In this document: in pieces, positions 27,036 to 39,729 of the stretch
How positions within the stretch are numbered: the first letter of the stretch is position 1
Layout: each line of letters opens with the position of its first letter
Assembly: GCF_009914755.1 (NCBI RefSeq)
Contig: NC_060932.1
DNA: 64,000 bases
Direction: 5' to 3' (one strand)
Source of the DNA: the human T2T-CHM13v2.0 reference genome, Homo sapiens
Notes under the pieces: generated by a model
What the model saw: only the letters and a program-made list of their open reading frames with translations
Told to the model about the DNA's origin: nothing
Databases searched by the model: none
Program-made: the position numbers and the translations under genes

Positions 27036-27069
27036 AGAAAAAGATAATTTAACAGTTTCTCACATAACA

Positions 27070-27724
27070 AAACGTACTGTTACCATCCAAATCTTATTCC
27101 ATGGTATTTACTCAAAGTATCTAAAAAGCTATGTCCTCACAAAAGTCTGCACATGGATATTTAGAGCAGTTTTATTCATAATTGCCCAAACATGGAAACA
27201 ACCAGCATTCACTTTAGTATGTGAATGGATAACTAAACTATGGTATACCTGGAAAATGGAATATTATTGAGCATCAGAAAAGAAAAGCCATGAAATGGCA
27301 TGATGGAAACAAATGCACATTACTAAGTGAAAGAAGTCAATTGGAAAGGATTATATACTGTATGATTCCAACTATATGAGATTCTGGAAAAGGCAAAACT
27401 GTGAAGATGGTAAAAGACCAGTGGTTACCAGTGATTGTGGGAAAGAGAGGGATGAGTAGGTGGACCACAGAGGATTTCCAGGGCAATGAAACTACTCTGC
27501 AAGACACTGTAATGGTAGATAAATGTTATTACACATTTGTCAAAATCCATAGTATTTATAACACCAAAAGTGAACCCAAATGTAAACTTAGGACTTTGAA
27601 GGATAATAATATCAATGTAGGTTCGTAGATTATAACAAATGCACCACTCTGTTTCTTTTGCTTATTATTTCTGTGAACATGAAACTGCTCTCAAAAATAA
27701 AATCTATTATTAATTTTAAAAAAA
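27070..27724 (+). mobile_element. L1MC-like 3' end
   Basis: ttattcataattgcccaaacatggaaacaacc...tatgattccaactatatgagattctggaaaaggcaaaact...aataaaatctatt. Confidence 0.8.
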
Positions 27725-27744
27725 TCATACACACACAAAATTAA

Positions 27745-30700
27745 CCAACTGGATCTAACAGACATATGCATGCCATATATTCAACCACAGTTGAATACAC
27801 ATTTTTCTGAAGGGCACATGGGACATTCTTCAGATTAGACCATGTGTTAAGACACAAAATACGTCATGATAGATTTTAAATGATTGAAATTATACAAAAT
27901 ATCTTTTCTGCTCACAATGGAATGAAACTAAAAATCAATAACAGAAGAAACACTGGACAATCCAGAAAGAAATGGAAATCAACACACTCCTAACTGTCAA
28001 CTGGATAAAGAAGAAAACAAATATTTAGAGGAAAATGAAAGTGAAACACAAACATACCAAAATATATGAGACAAAGCGAAAGCAGTACTAAAAGGGAAAC
28101 TTGTAGGAGTATAAGTATATATATATTAAAAAAGAGGATGAAAACAAAAACTCATCTAAAAATAAGAAACATCACAAATCAGTGACCTGACATTACATCT
28201 TAAAGAAGTAGAAAAAGACGAGTAGACTGAAAGCTAGCTAGAAAGGTGAAAACAATAAAGATTATAGTTGAAAAAAATAAAATAGATACTAGAAAGTAAT
28301 GAAGAAAAATCAACAAAATTAAAGGTTGGTTCCTTGAAAAAATAACAAAATTTATAAGTCTTTAGCCTGATTGTCTCAACAAGAAGACCCAAATTACTAA
28401 AATCAGAAAAAAAGAGAAGAGACATTTTGATAATATTGTAAAAATAAATGGATTAAGAGACAATTTTATGAGCAATTGCATTTCAGAAATTTGATAACCT
28501 AGATGAAATAGATAAATTCCTGGAAATATACACACTGCCAAAAGTGAATGAATCTGTAGCTATTAAGGGGATTGAATCCATAATCATAAATCTGTCAACA
28601 GAGAAGAGGCCTGGACCACATAGCTTTATTGGTGAATTTTACCAAACATTAAAAAAATCAAAGTTATTCTCAAATTCTTACCAAAAAAAAAAAAATTGAA
28701 GGAGTGGGAATGCTTTGTAAGTCATTCTGTGAGGCCAACATTACCTTGACACCAAAGCCAGAAGAAGATGCTACAAGAAAAGAAAATAGTAGCTCAATAT
28801 TCCTAATGAATATTAATTTAAAAAACTCTCAAAAAATACTAGCAAACAGAACTCAGTAACATATTAAAAGGATTATACACCATGGCCAAGTAGTATTTAT
28901 TAATGAAATTCAAGGAAGATTCAATATATGTAAATCAATCAATGTAATACAACACCTTAATAGAATGAAGTTTAAATAAAAATACAAGAATCTTCTCAAT
29001 TAATACAGAAAAATACACTTGTCAGAACGCATCAACCTTTAACAAAAAAACTTAATAAACTAGGAATAGAAGGAAATTTGAAATATGAAAAACGACCCAC
29101 AGATAATATTATATCCAATGCTGAAAGACTGAAGGTTTTCTCCTAAATCAGGAACAAGAATACTTGCTTTGACTTCTTCTGTTTGACATGGTATTATTGA
29201 CAGTTTTAGCCAGAGCTATTAGGCAAGAAAAAAAAAAAGGCCAAAGAAAATTGAAAATTAGTAAAATTATCTCTGCTCACAGATGACATAATCTTGTATG
29301 TAGACAACTACACACACAAACACACACACATCAGATGTATTAGGCCATTCTTGGATCAGTATAAAGAAATACCTGAGACTGGGTAATTCATAAAGGAAAG
29401 AGGTTTAGTTGGCTTACTGTTCTTCAGCCTATACAGGAAGCACGGTGCTGGCATCTGATGGCTTCTGGGGAAGTCTCAGGGAGTTTTTAGTCATGGTGGA
29501 AGATGAAGTGGAAGCAAGCTTGTCACATGGCAAAAATAGGAGCAGAGAGAGAGAGGAGGTGACACACATTTTTCAGACAGGATTTCCTATGAACCCAGAC
29601 TGAGAGCTCACTTATTGCCAAGGGGATGGCCCAAGCCATTCGTGGGTGCAGATCTTTCAGATATCTGCCCCCGTGATCCACACACCTCCTATAAGGCCCC
29701 TTTCCAAACACTGGGGATTAGATTTCAACATGAGATTTAAGCGGGGACAAATATCCAAACTAAATAACCACACAAAACCTGTTTTGGCTAATACATAATA
29801 ATAGCAAAGTCACAGTATACAAAATCAACACACATACAAAAAGAGTTGTGTATCTATACACTAACAATGAATAATCTGGAAAAGCATTTGAGAAGACAAT
29901 TTTATTTACAATAACATAAAGAGAATAAAATAATTGGGGATATACTTAACCAAGTAGGTGAAAGTCTTGTATACTAAAATCTACAGAAAATTGATGAAAG
30001 CAATATAAAAGAAACAACATCCTGTGTTTATGAATTGAAAGACATATTATTATTAAGATGACAATATGATACAACGCAGTCCTCATCAAAATGTCACTGA
30101 TATTTTTTGAAGAAATAGAAAAGTCCGTCTTATAACTAACATAAAATTTTAAGGATCCCCAAATACCCAAAACAATCTTGAAAAAGAACAAAAGTTGTAG
30201 GTCTTTGACTTCTGATTACAAAACTTATTACAAAGCTATAGTAATTAAAATAGTGTTGTCCTGTCATAGAGACAGACATAAAAACATGGAATAGAATAGA
30301 GATCACAGAATGAACCTCATATGTATGGTAAAATGATTTTCAACAAGGGTGCCAAGACCATCCAATGAGGAAAGAGCAGTGTTTTCAACTAATGGTGTTT
30401 GTTAGTAAAACAAAATACTCACCTGCAAAAGGATAAAGTTAGACCCTGGCCTTATACCATACTCAAAAATTAACTCAAAATGAGTCAAAGACCTAACTGT
30501 AAGAGTTAAAATGATAAAACTTGTAGAAGAAAGCATAGGGGAAAAGCTTCATTACTTTAAATTTGGCAATAATTTCTTTGCTATGACGCCGAAAGCTCAG
30601 GCAACAAAATAAAAGATAGATAAATTGGACAACATTAAAGCGAATGACTTTTGTACATCAAAGGGTACTACAACAGAGTGCAAAGGTCACCCACAGAATG

Positions 30701-31635
30701 GAAGAATGTATTTGCAAATCATATATGTGATAATGGGTTAATATCCAAAATGTATAAAATGCTTATACAACTCAGTAACAACAAAACAAGCAACTCAATT
30801 CAAAATAGAACATGAGTAGATATTGCAACAAAGAATATATACAAATGGCCAGCAAGCACACAAAAAGATGACCAACATCACTAGCCATTAGTGAAATGCA
30901 AGTCAGAACCACAGGAGTTACCACTTTACATTCATTGGGATGGCAAAAATCAGAAAGAAAACAAACAAAGTTGTTGATGAGGATGTGGAGAACCTCATAA
31001 ATGAAAGAGTAACCCTTTCTTTCACATTGCTGGTATAATTATAAAATGATGTAGCCTCTGAAAAACATTTGGTGGTTCCACAAAAAGTTGAACATAAGTT
31101 ACCATATGATTTAACAGTGCAGCTTCTCAGTATATACACCAAAGAATTGAAAGCAGGGACTTAAACAGATACTTGTACACCAATGTTCATAGAAGTATGA
31201 CTCACAGTTGACAAATGGTGAATGCAACTCAAGTGTCGGTCGATAAATGAATGGATAAACAAAATTGGGATTTTCAGACAATGGAATATTATTTAGCCAT
31301 GGATGGGCCTCGAAAACCTTACGTTAAGTGAAATAAGCCACACACAAAAGGAGAGATGTTTTATGATTCCCCTTAAATGAAATACCTAGAATAGGCAAAT
31401 TCTTAGAGACAGGAAGTAGAATAAAGGGTACCTGGGGCAGTGGGGAAAGATAAGTGAAGACATATGATTAATGGGTACAGAGTTCCTGTTTAGGATGAAA
31501 AAAATATTCTGTAAATGGCTAGTGGTAATGATTACACAACATTGTGAATGTATTTAACATTCTTCAATCATACATGTAAAAATCATTACGATGCTAAATT
31601 TTATATTATGTATATTTTACCACACCAAAAGAAAA
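27745..31635 (+). mobile_element. Old L1M (L1MB-like) ORF2 to 3' UTR, interrupted by an MST LTR
   Basis: Degenerate, colinear ORF2 (ctcacagatgacataat at the RT active-site region); ends tatattttaccacaccaaaag. Confidence 0.85.
29336..29767 (-). mobile_element. MSTA/B solo LTR (ERVL-MaLR)
   Basis: tgtattaggccattcttg...ataaagaaatacctgagactgggtaatt...tttcaacatgagattt...ggggacaaatatccaaac. Confidence 0.9.
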
Positions 31636-31989
31636 TGTGAATGTTCTTTTTATTTTTATAATTGTTAATGTTAAATAATAATTTGAAATTAGAAAATAAG
31701 GAATTATAGATAATGTAAAAATACATGAGTATATTCTACTTAATTTTGACTGTTCTTATACAAATGTTTTAGTAATAAAGTAATCAAGATATGGAGTTTT
31801 AGTACTCTAAAAGTCATGCTTTTCTTCACATAGATCTATGTTGAAATAAACTATAAAACTGTGTTAAGACCAGCTACCCCAGCTGAACGAACACACACAA
31901 CACATCACACTCAAATCACATGCCTTAAATGAAAGCCTCTCAGGGATATCCACTGGCATCATTAACAAAAAACTGTGAGTCCTTTTTGA

Positions 31990-32345
31990 TTCAAAGAAAA
32001 TCTTTGGCCCATCTATTCATGAGAAAAACATCGAAAACATTACAATAGGTGCTAGTCTACAAAATACCTGACAGGACTCCTCAAAGTTTTCAAGTACAGT
32101 CTGATGAGGAACTGAGAACCTGTCACAGCCAAGTGGAGCCTAAGAAGTCACAATGAATAAATGTAACATGACACCATAACAGAAAAAGACATTAGGTTAA
32201 AACTAAAGATATCTAAATAAATGATAGACCTTACTTAATAATCTGCTGATATTAGTTTATTAACTGTGACAAGACACCATACTAATGTGAGATATCATTA
32301 ATTGGGCAAACTGGGTGTGGAGTGGATATGAACTTTCTGATTGTC
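31990..32345 (+). mobile_element. L1MC3/4-like 3' UTR fragment
   Basis: tctacaaaatacctgac...ctgtcacagccaagtggagcctaagaag...acagaaaaagacattagg. Confidence 0.65.
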
Positions 32346-32363
32346 TTAACATTTTTGTAAGTC

Positions 32364-32465
32364 ATATATATGTATAATATATATTTGCATATACATATTG
32401 TAAATATATATAATATATAATATATTATATTGTAAATATATATAATATATATTATATATATACAC
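32364..32465. repeat. TA-rich low-complexity tract
   Basis: Directly visible. Confidence 0.9.
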
Positions 32466-33295
32466 ATATGCTTTTTATTTTCCCTGCAAAACATCTTTAG
32501 ACTTGTAGGATGGGTTCAATGTCATTATGTAGTCAAACAATAAATGCAAGTTTACTTTTTTTTAGTGCTTTTGCTCTTCTGCAGATTGTATGCTATCTAA
32601 ATATGCTATTGTGATATTGGATGATGAGGTATAGTCAAAAAACCTTATAGACTTCTGGAAGGAATTCTGATCTAGTAAGAAATGAATTTCATTATAAAAC
32701 TATTAGCTCCAGATTAACACCCCCTCAGGTATTCTTGGAGCTACAAATCTGGAAAAGTAGTATAATGCACTGTAGGCCTATATAAATTGAAAAATTGTCT
32801 CCTGAAAGGGGGTAGCAGAAAATATTGACTTCAATCATGAAGGGTTATGCTGCAGTAATTCCTTGTTGCATCTTTCTGAAATGATGCACTGAACTAGTAG
32901 AATTGTTCAGACCATGGACTTAAACTTTTTCTTGAGCGTGCTACTCATATTCCTCCACATTTGTCAAACTAAGGGTTCCTCAGAAATCTAGCCTAAGTAC
33001 TACAAGTTTTTTGTGTGCATGTGTGTTTTACTCTTAAAAAATTGGCGTATAAAAATTAATATTTAAGAACACATATAAAGTAAACTGGGTACTAGGATTC
33101 TACCTTATCATATGCTTACCTTATGTATTAGTTATACAATTAAGGTAACATTCTATTATTTTATATAATCTCCATGTCGAATTTTCCTTTTACCTCTGTT
33201 ACTTTAATTCTTAAATTTTGATCTTGTTTTAGTATTAATCTGTTGAAGAAAAATGCCAAAATTTTAATTTCAAAAACAAAAATTTTCACACTTCG

Positions 33296-33524
33296 TTCCT
33301 TCCTTCTTTCTTTCCTTCCTCTCTTTTTCTCTTTCTCTCTTTCTGACAGGGCTCACTCTGTAGTGCAGTGGCACGATCACGGCTCACTGTAGCGTCAACC
33401 ACTGGGCTCAGGTGATTCTCCCATCTCAATCTCCCAGGTAGCTAGGCCTACAGGCTCATGCCATCAAGTCCAGCTAACTTTTTGTCTTTTTTGTAGACAG
33501 GGTTTCATCATGTTGCCCAAGCTG
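33296..33524 (-). mobile_element. AluJ, 5'-truncated, with a CT-rich tail
   Basis: gacagggctcactctg, gatcacggctcactgtagc, ctgggctcaggtgattctccc (J-type features). Confidence 0.85.
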
Positions 33525-34101
33525 TGTAAGACACAATTTTTTTTTAAATGTAAGGTACATTTTTTCCCCATGTACCAAGATAGGAAAAAAGCAAAAACAC
33601 ACACTTTATTGAGTTGAAGGTGAAAGTTGCAGTTTTTTTGTCTGGCATTGTTACCACTCACCATTAAAATACATATGTACAAATGGAGACCATGGGTAAT
33701 GTCTCCTAATTATAAACCTGTAATATCTAAGCTGAAAATATTACCACGAGGAAAAGTTATGCATATGAATATTTACTGTGGAATTGCTGGTTGGAGATAA
33801 ACATTTTCTCACTCCATTTACCCTTAAATGTATTTATTGGAACCTTTACCAATCTCATTTTCTCAGTGTCAGTGTGAGATAATCTTGGAGAACAGGCATT
33901 TTACCAGGAATTATTTTACATTTTGCTAGGTGAGGGGGTACTACTTTCTCATTAGAAACTCTGCTTAAAGAGGCTAAGACCTTAAGAAATCTGGGTTTTA
34001 AGGATCACTGGTGATATGTTAAAATTGGTATTCAGGATATGTTTAACTATAACTTGCTCTTCATATGACAGTGTGAATGTATTGACATAAGTGCTAATTT
34101 A

Positions 34102-36478
34102 CAGGCATACCTCATTTTATCATACTTTGCTTTATTGTCCTTCACATATACTGTGTCTTTTACAAATTGCAGGTTTGTGGCAACCCTGCATTGAGCCACT
34201 CTATCAGCTGTTTTTCCAACAGCGTGCGCTTACTTTGTATCTCTGTGTCACATTTTGGTAATGCTTAAAATGTTTCAAAGCTTTTTAAATTACATTTGTT
34301 ATGGTGGCCTGCAATTAGTAATATTTCATGTTATTATTGTAATTATTTTGGAGCACCATGAACTGTGCCCATATAAGATGGTGAATAATTTTAACCAAAA
34401 AGATGTGTGTTCTGACTGCTCCACTGACCGTTTCCCACCTCTCTCCCTGTACTTAGGCCTCCCTATTCCCACAGACACAATAATTTGAAAATCAAGCTAA
34501 TTAATAATCCTGCAATGGACTTTCTAAGCATTCAAATGAAAGACTCACATGCCTCTCACTTTAAATCAAAATCTAGAAATGATTACGCTTGGTGAGAAAG
34601 GCGTGTTGAAAACAGAGATAGGCTAAAAGCTGGGCCTCCTGTGACAAACAGTTAAGCAAGTTGTGAATGCAAAGGAAGAGTTTTTGAAGAAATGTAATAC
34701 TGCTACTCCAGGGAACACATACATGATAAGAAAGTGAAACAGGCTTTTTGCTGATATGGAGAAAGTGTTCATGGTATGGATAGATCAAACCAGCCACAAC
34801 ATTCCCTTAAGCCAAAGCCTAATCCAGGGGAAGGCTCTCTTTTCAGATCTATGAAAGCTGATAAAGATGAAGAAGCTGAAGAAGAAAAGGTTGAAGCTAG
34901 CATAAGTTTGTTCATGAGGTTTAAGGAGAGAAGCCATCTCTACACCATAAAAGTACAACGTGAAGCAGCAAGTGCTGATGGAGAAGCTACAGCAAGTTAT
35001 CCGAAGATCTAGCTAAGATCATTGATAAAGGTGGCTACACTAAACAACAGATTTTTAGTGTAGATAAAACAGCCTTATATTGGAAGAAGATGCCATCTGA
35101 AACTTTCATAGGTAGAGAGGAGAAGTCAATGTCTGGCTTCAAAACTTCAAAGGATAGGCTGCCTCTCTTGTTGGGACCAATGCAGCTCGTGACTAAAGTA
35201 TAGCCAATTCTCATTTACCATTCTAAACATCCTAGGACCCTTAAGAATTGTGCTAAATCTACCCTACCTGTACTCTAAATGGAATATTAAATCCTGAGGA
35301 ACATCTGTTTACAGCATGGTTTACTGAATATGTTAAGTCCACTATTGACACCCACTGCTTCGAAAAAACAATTCCTTTCAAAATAATACGGCTCACTAAA
35401 AATGTACCAAATTATCCAAGAACTCTGAGGGAGATGTGCAAGGAGGCTAATGTCTTCTTGTCTGCTAACACAATATCCATTCTGCAGTCCATGAATCAAG
35501 GAGTATTTTCGACTTTCAAGTCTTATTATTTAAGAAATGCACTTTGTAAGGCTATAGATAACATAGATAAAGTGATTCCTCTGATGGATCTTGGCAGTCA
35601 ATTAAAAACTTTCTAGAAAGGATTCATAATTTTAGATGCCATTACATTATCTATGATTCATGGGAGGAGGTCAAAATATCAATATAAATAGGGATTTGGA
35701 AGAAGTTGAATCAATTCTAAACCCTCTTCGGAGACTTGGAGAGGTTCAGGACTTCAGTGAAGGAAGTAAATGCAAATGCCATGGAAATAACAAGAAAACT
35801 AAAATTATAACTGGAGCCTTGAAGATGCAACTGAATTATTGCAATCTCATGATAAAACTTTGGTGAGTGAGGAGTTTCTTCTTATGGAGGAGCAAAGAAA
35901 GTGGTTTCTTCAGATGGAACCTACTTCTTATGAAAATGCTGTGAATATTGTTGAAATGATAACAAAATATTTAGAATATTACATTAATTTAGTTGATAAA
36001 CAGCAGCAGGATTTGAGTGAATTGACTGCAGTTCAGAAATTCTGTGGGTAAAATGCTATTCGGCTATATTGCAGGCTACAGAAAAATCTTTCATGAAACA
36101 GTCAATCAATGCAGCAGACTTCATTGCTGTCTTATTTTAAGAAATTGTCACAGCCACCCCAACCACCAGCAATCACCATCCTGATGAGCCAGCAGCTGTC
36201 AGCATCAAGGCAGCACCCTCCACCAGCAAAAGGACTACGGCTCACTGAAGACTTGAATGACCCCTGGCATTTTTTAGTAATAAATTATATTTTAATTAAG
36301 GTATATACATTTTTTTAGGCTTAATGTCATTGTACACTTAATAGACTACAGTATAGAAACAAACATCACTTTTATATGCATTGGGGAACCAAACAATTTC
36401 TGTGACTCACTTCATTGCAATACTTGCTGTTTCGTGGTGGTCTGGAACAAAATCCACAAAAGCCCTGAGGTATGCCTG
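34102..36478 (+). mobile_element. Full-length Tigger1 DNA transposon (TcMar-Tigger), transposase decayed
   Basis: TIRs caggcatacctca...tgaggtatgcctg flanked by TA on both sides; 2377 bp; transposase remnants from ~34516 (e.g. SILQSMNQGVFSTFKSYYLRN). Confidence 0.95.
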
Positions 36479-37576
36479 TATATACCCCGAGGTATGCCCG
36501 TATATGCTTTTATCTATCACATTTTATTCTGAAAAAGATGTGAGACATATACTCTGTTCTTTCTTTACTATTTTATCAGCAACAATAGCTTAAATAGGAC
36601 TGCACTCAGAAAATATTTGACTATATCAGCTATGTTTTGTTGATCTATTTAGAAACCATAAGAAATCATTTAAAAAATATTTGAAACAATAATTTGTTAA
36701 AAGTATTTTCTATCACATATTTAATGAGATAAAGGTATGCTAAGATAAGGTAAAACAAACTACATGGTGTGTGATCATGTTTGAACACACATACACAATT
36801 TTCTTCTTTAATGATTTATATCTTTGGTGTTTTACTTTGGACATGCATGTTTTTAGTTTCAGGACATACCAAAGAGTGAACTGCTGCACCTGCTCCCAGG
36901 AAATATGATTTATGATACAGGATAGACAAAAACTTGTTATAGACAATTCCCACTTATTGCCAATTTCACCTTTTATATCTCCATTTTTGTTATTTGGAAA
37001 GGCAACAGATTTCTGTTACTTTCTGCTTCAGAGAATTACATTTGTAGAATATGTTTCTGAAAGAGGCTCTACTTTCCAAGATATTACAGACTGATGCAGA
37101 TGATGGCTCTATAAAATGCTTATTCTGCATCTCATGAAAGCACCATGTCAGTTTTTGTCATAAGGGTTTATTCAAGCTAATATGTCATCTTAATAAAGCG
37201 AAGGTTATTAGTTGAGCTTCAAGATGAAGTTCCAGAATGATCAATTCAAAATCACTTTGTCACTTCTATTGAAAAGGACTCAATGAAACATACAGTGCTT
37301 ATTGACTGTGCACATAAGACAAGATACTAAGAGCAATTTATTTTTATGCATTTTTGCAATAATTATTTCATGGATAAAATATTTCTGAAAATTAAATGAT
37401 AATATTGAATCACAAATGTTAACATTTGATAAATATTTTTAAATTTCATTTTAAAATATTGGGACATAGTACTAACTTTGTATGATTAACTTTTACCATT
37501 TAAAAAAGAACTATTTCTTGATTTGAAAGCAGATATTAATTCCACCGACTTACATTGTTTTTTTTCCCCCCTTTAG

Positions 37577-37687
37577 GCTGTCCTTTGGAGGTATAAATTC
37601 TCTCAGCTTAAAGGTTCTTCAGATGATGGCAAGAGCAAAATCAAATTTTTGTTTCAGAATCCAGATACTAAACAGATTGAAGCAAAG
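37577..37687 (+). CDS. SNTG1: Gamma-1-syntrophin internal coding exon (C-terminal region, probably the penultimate exon)
   Basis: Acceptor ttttttttcccccctttag|G, donor AAG|gtaaac; 111 nt, phase 0/0; encodes AVLWRYKFSQLKGSSDDGKSKIKFLFQNPDTKQIEAK, the gamma-syntrophin motif KFSQLKGSSDDGK with SNTG1-type residues. Confidence 0.95.
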
Positions 37688-38289
37688 GTAAACCCAAGAA
37701 ATTCATCACATAACACCTCTAACTACATTAATGCCATTAAGGAACAAAGAGGGGAAACTTTCGGGGAATCACAAGACCAAAAACACACATTCTCTGCTCA
37801 TCTTGAAATATCCGTCATGGCCAGAAGAATAAACTTACTTTAAGATTTTATTGGCAACTTTTCACTTAAAGGCAGCACTTAAAATAAATTACACAAAACT
37901 AATTGCATTTCTTAGTTTTAATTCCTTATGAACTGCATTTTTGTCACACTAAAATAACATCCTGGGAACTAAAGCAGTCCTTTGGTAGTTTCATTCTAAA
38001 TAATAATTTAAAATACTTTGTAAAAATCTGACTATATTTACATAAATTTATATATTTACATTTTATTTACATATATTTTTTCACATATTCAAAATCTGCA
38101 TTATTTTCATTACTATAATATAAAATTGACAATAACAATATTTGCATTAGAATAAATTATAAATGCATTATCCCAGTATAGAGAAAAGGGTAAATAACAA
38201 AGTGAAAAAATTGTATCTATGGACATGAAAGCTCAATATAATTTTTCAACTATGAATTAACATTACCATATTTCTATTATACCCCTTTA

Positions 38290-38720
38290 CTTATTAAATT
38301 CAGGGCTAAGAAGCCTTAGCCTGACATTCAGAACCTTCCCAGGAATGTCCCTTGATGATATTTTTGGCAAAGTATCCTGTAACACTGCTCTATGTTTAGA
38401 TTAGACACTCTCCTTCTTTTAACAAGGTGACTCCTTGTAGCCTGATGTATCTTCTGCTTTTCTCTCAACTGTTTTCCTTAGCTTTTTGTCTGAGTATCTC
38501 TCGAGATGTCCCATTCTTGTCTCTTACTTGTCTTTGGACTCATCTTTTCTGCCTCTTCCTAGTTCACAGGTTGTGTAATGTGGGAACTGTGTCGTTCCTA
38601 CAGCGGGCTCCTTTGCCACTGCATGTGTTTCCAGGGGGTTGCCTCACTTTGTCTCCCATCAGTTTAGACAAATGCCTTGCTAACTTCTTCCACTCCCTTT
38701 ATTTTACATGCCTCACAAGT
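38290..38720 (+). mobile_element. L2 relic
   Basis: ccttagcctgacattcagaacctt and pyrimidine-rich L2-like sequence. Confidence 0.5.
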
Positions 38721-39729
38721 TTTTAGCTTACATTTCTAACACAGCCTCTTCCCTAAATATAGACCCATCTCTGCACCGGCCCTTTCTCTACCTCTCGCTA
38801 CTGCTCCTCTTCTCCCACCTCAGCTACCACTGATCAATCATTTACTTTGTGCCAACCACTTATTTTGATAATATCAAAGAATGCATTACTCTTGTCAAAT
38901 TTTTTTTACCTTTAGCTCTTGGTATATTTCTTAATCTTTCAAAGCACAGCACAAATTTTAATACTGGTGAAAGATGTTAATATTGTCAGTTCTGTATTAT
39001 TCTGGCATTTATTCTGATGGGGAACCTCAACCACCAGTTGCTGACAGCGGTACAGTATTCAGTTGCTTACCCCAACACTTTTTAATGAGCTAACAAACCC
39101 TTTGCAAAGGAACAAGAGTGATAAATGCAATCTAATGGCTACTAACTATGGTATTTAGATATTAATTTAGTGTAGCGTGTATTATACATGCAATTAATTA
39201 TACTGACAAGTATACTAGAAATTACCTGTCAGCTACTAAGCATTATTCATTCTTGTAATTTTTGTGTTTTTAAGCTTTCTCTCATATGTAATTCATTAAG
39301 AGATAGTGTAAGAATAGATATTTGGTTGAGTGTAATTCTCGAATTGATAGGAAGTAATTATGGAATAGAAAAAAAAAGTAGTCTTAAAAATAATGAGACT
39401 GTGACATTTGGTGAGTTGTTGAAATTCTTTAAAGTCAGCATCTCCCTTTATAAAATAAAAGAAAATAATACCTCCATAGGTAATACTGAAAATACCCAAT
39501 AAAATATGATGACTATTTAAACAACAATAATGCTAGACAATCAGAATGTTGGCCAGCCCTACAGAATTGTTTAACCATACTTGTGTGTATCACCTGAACA
39601 TTACCTCTGCTGACATAAAAATTGTGTAAGAACTGGAAGCAGGACATTTGCTAACTATTGTATAACCTCTATAACCATGACTTGTGAGCAGTAAGCTAAC
39701 ATACCATCACAGGAGCAAAACAATCGTAG

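Noticed and set aside
34516-35900. Domesticated Tigger transposase (TIGD-like gene)
   Set aside because: Multiple stops and frameshifts; ordinary neutral decay.
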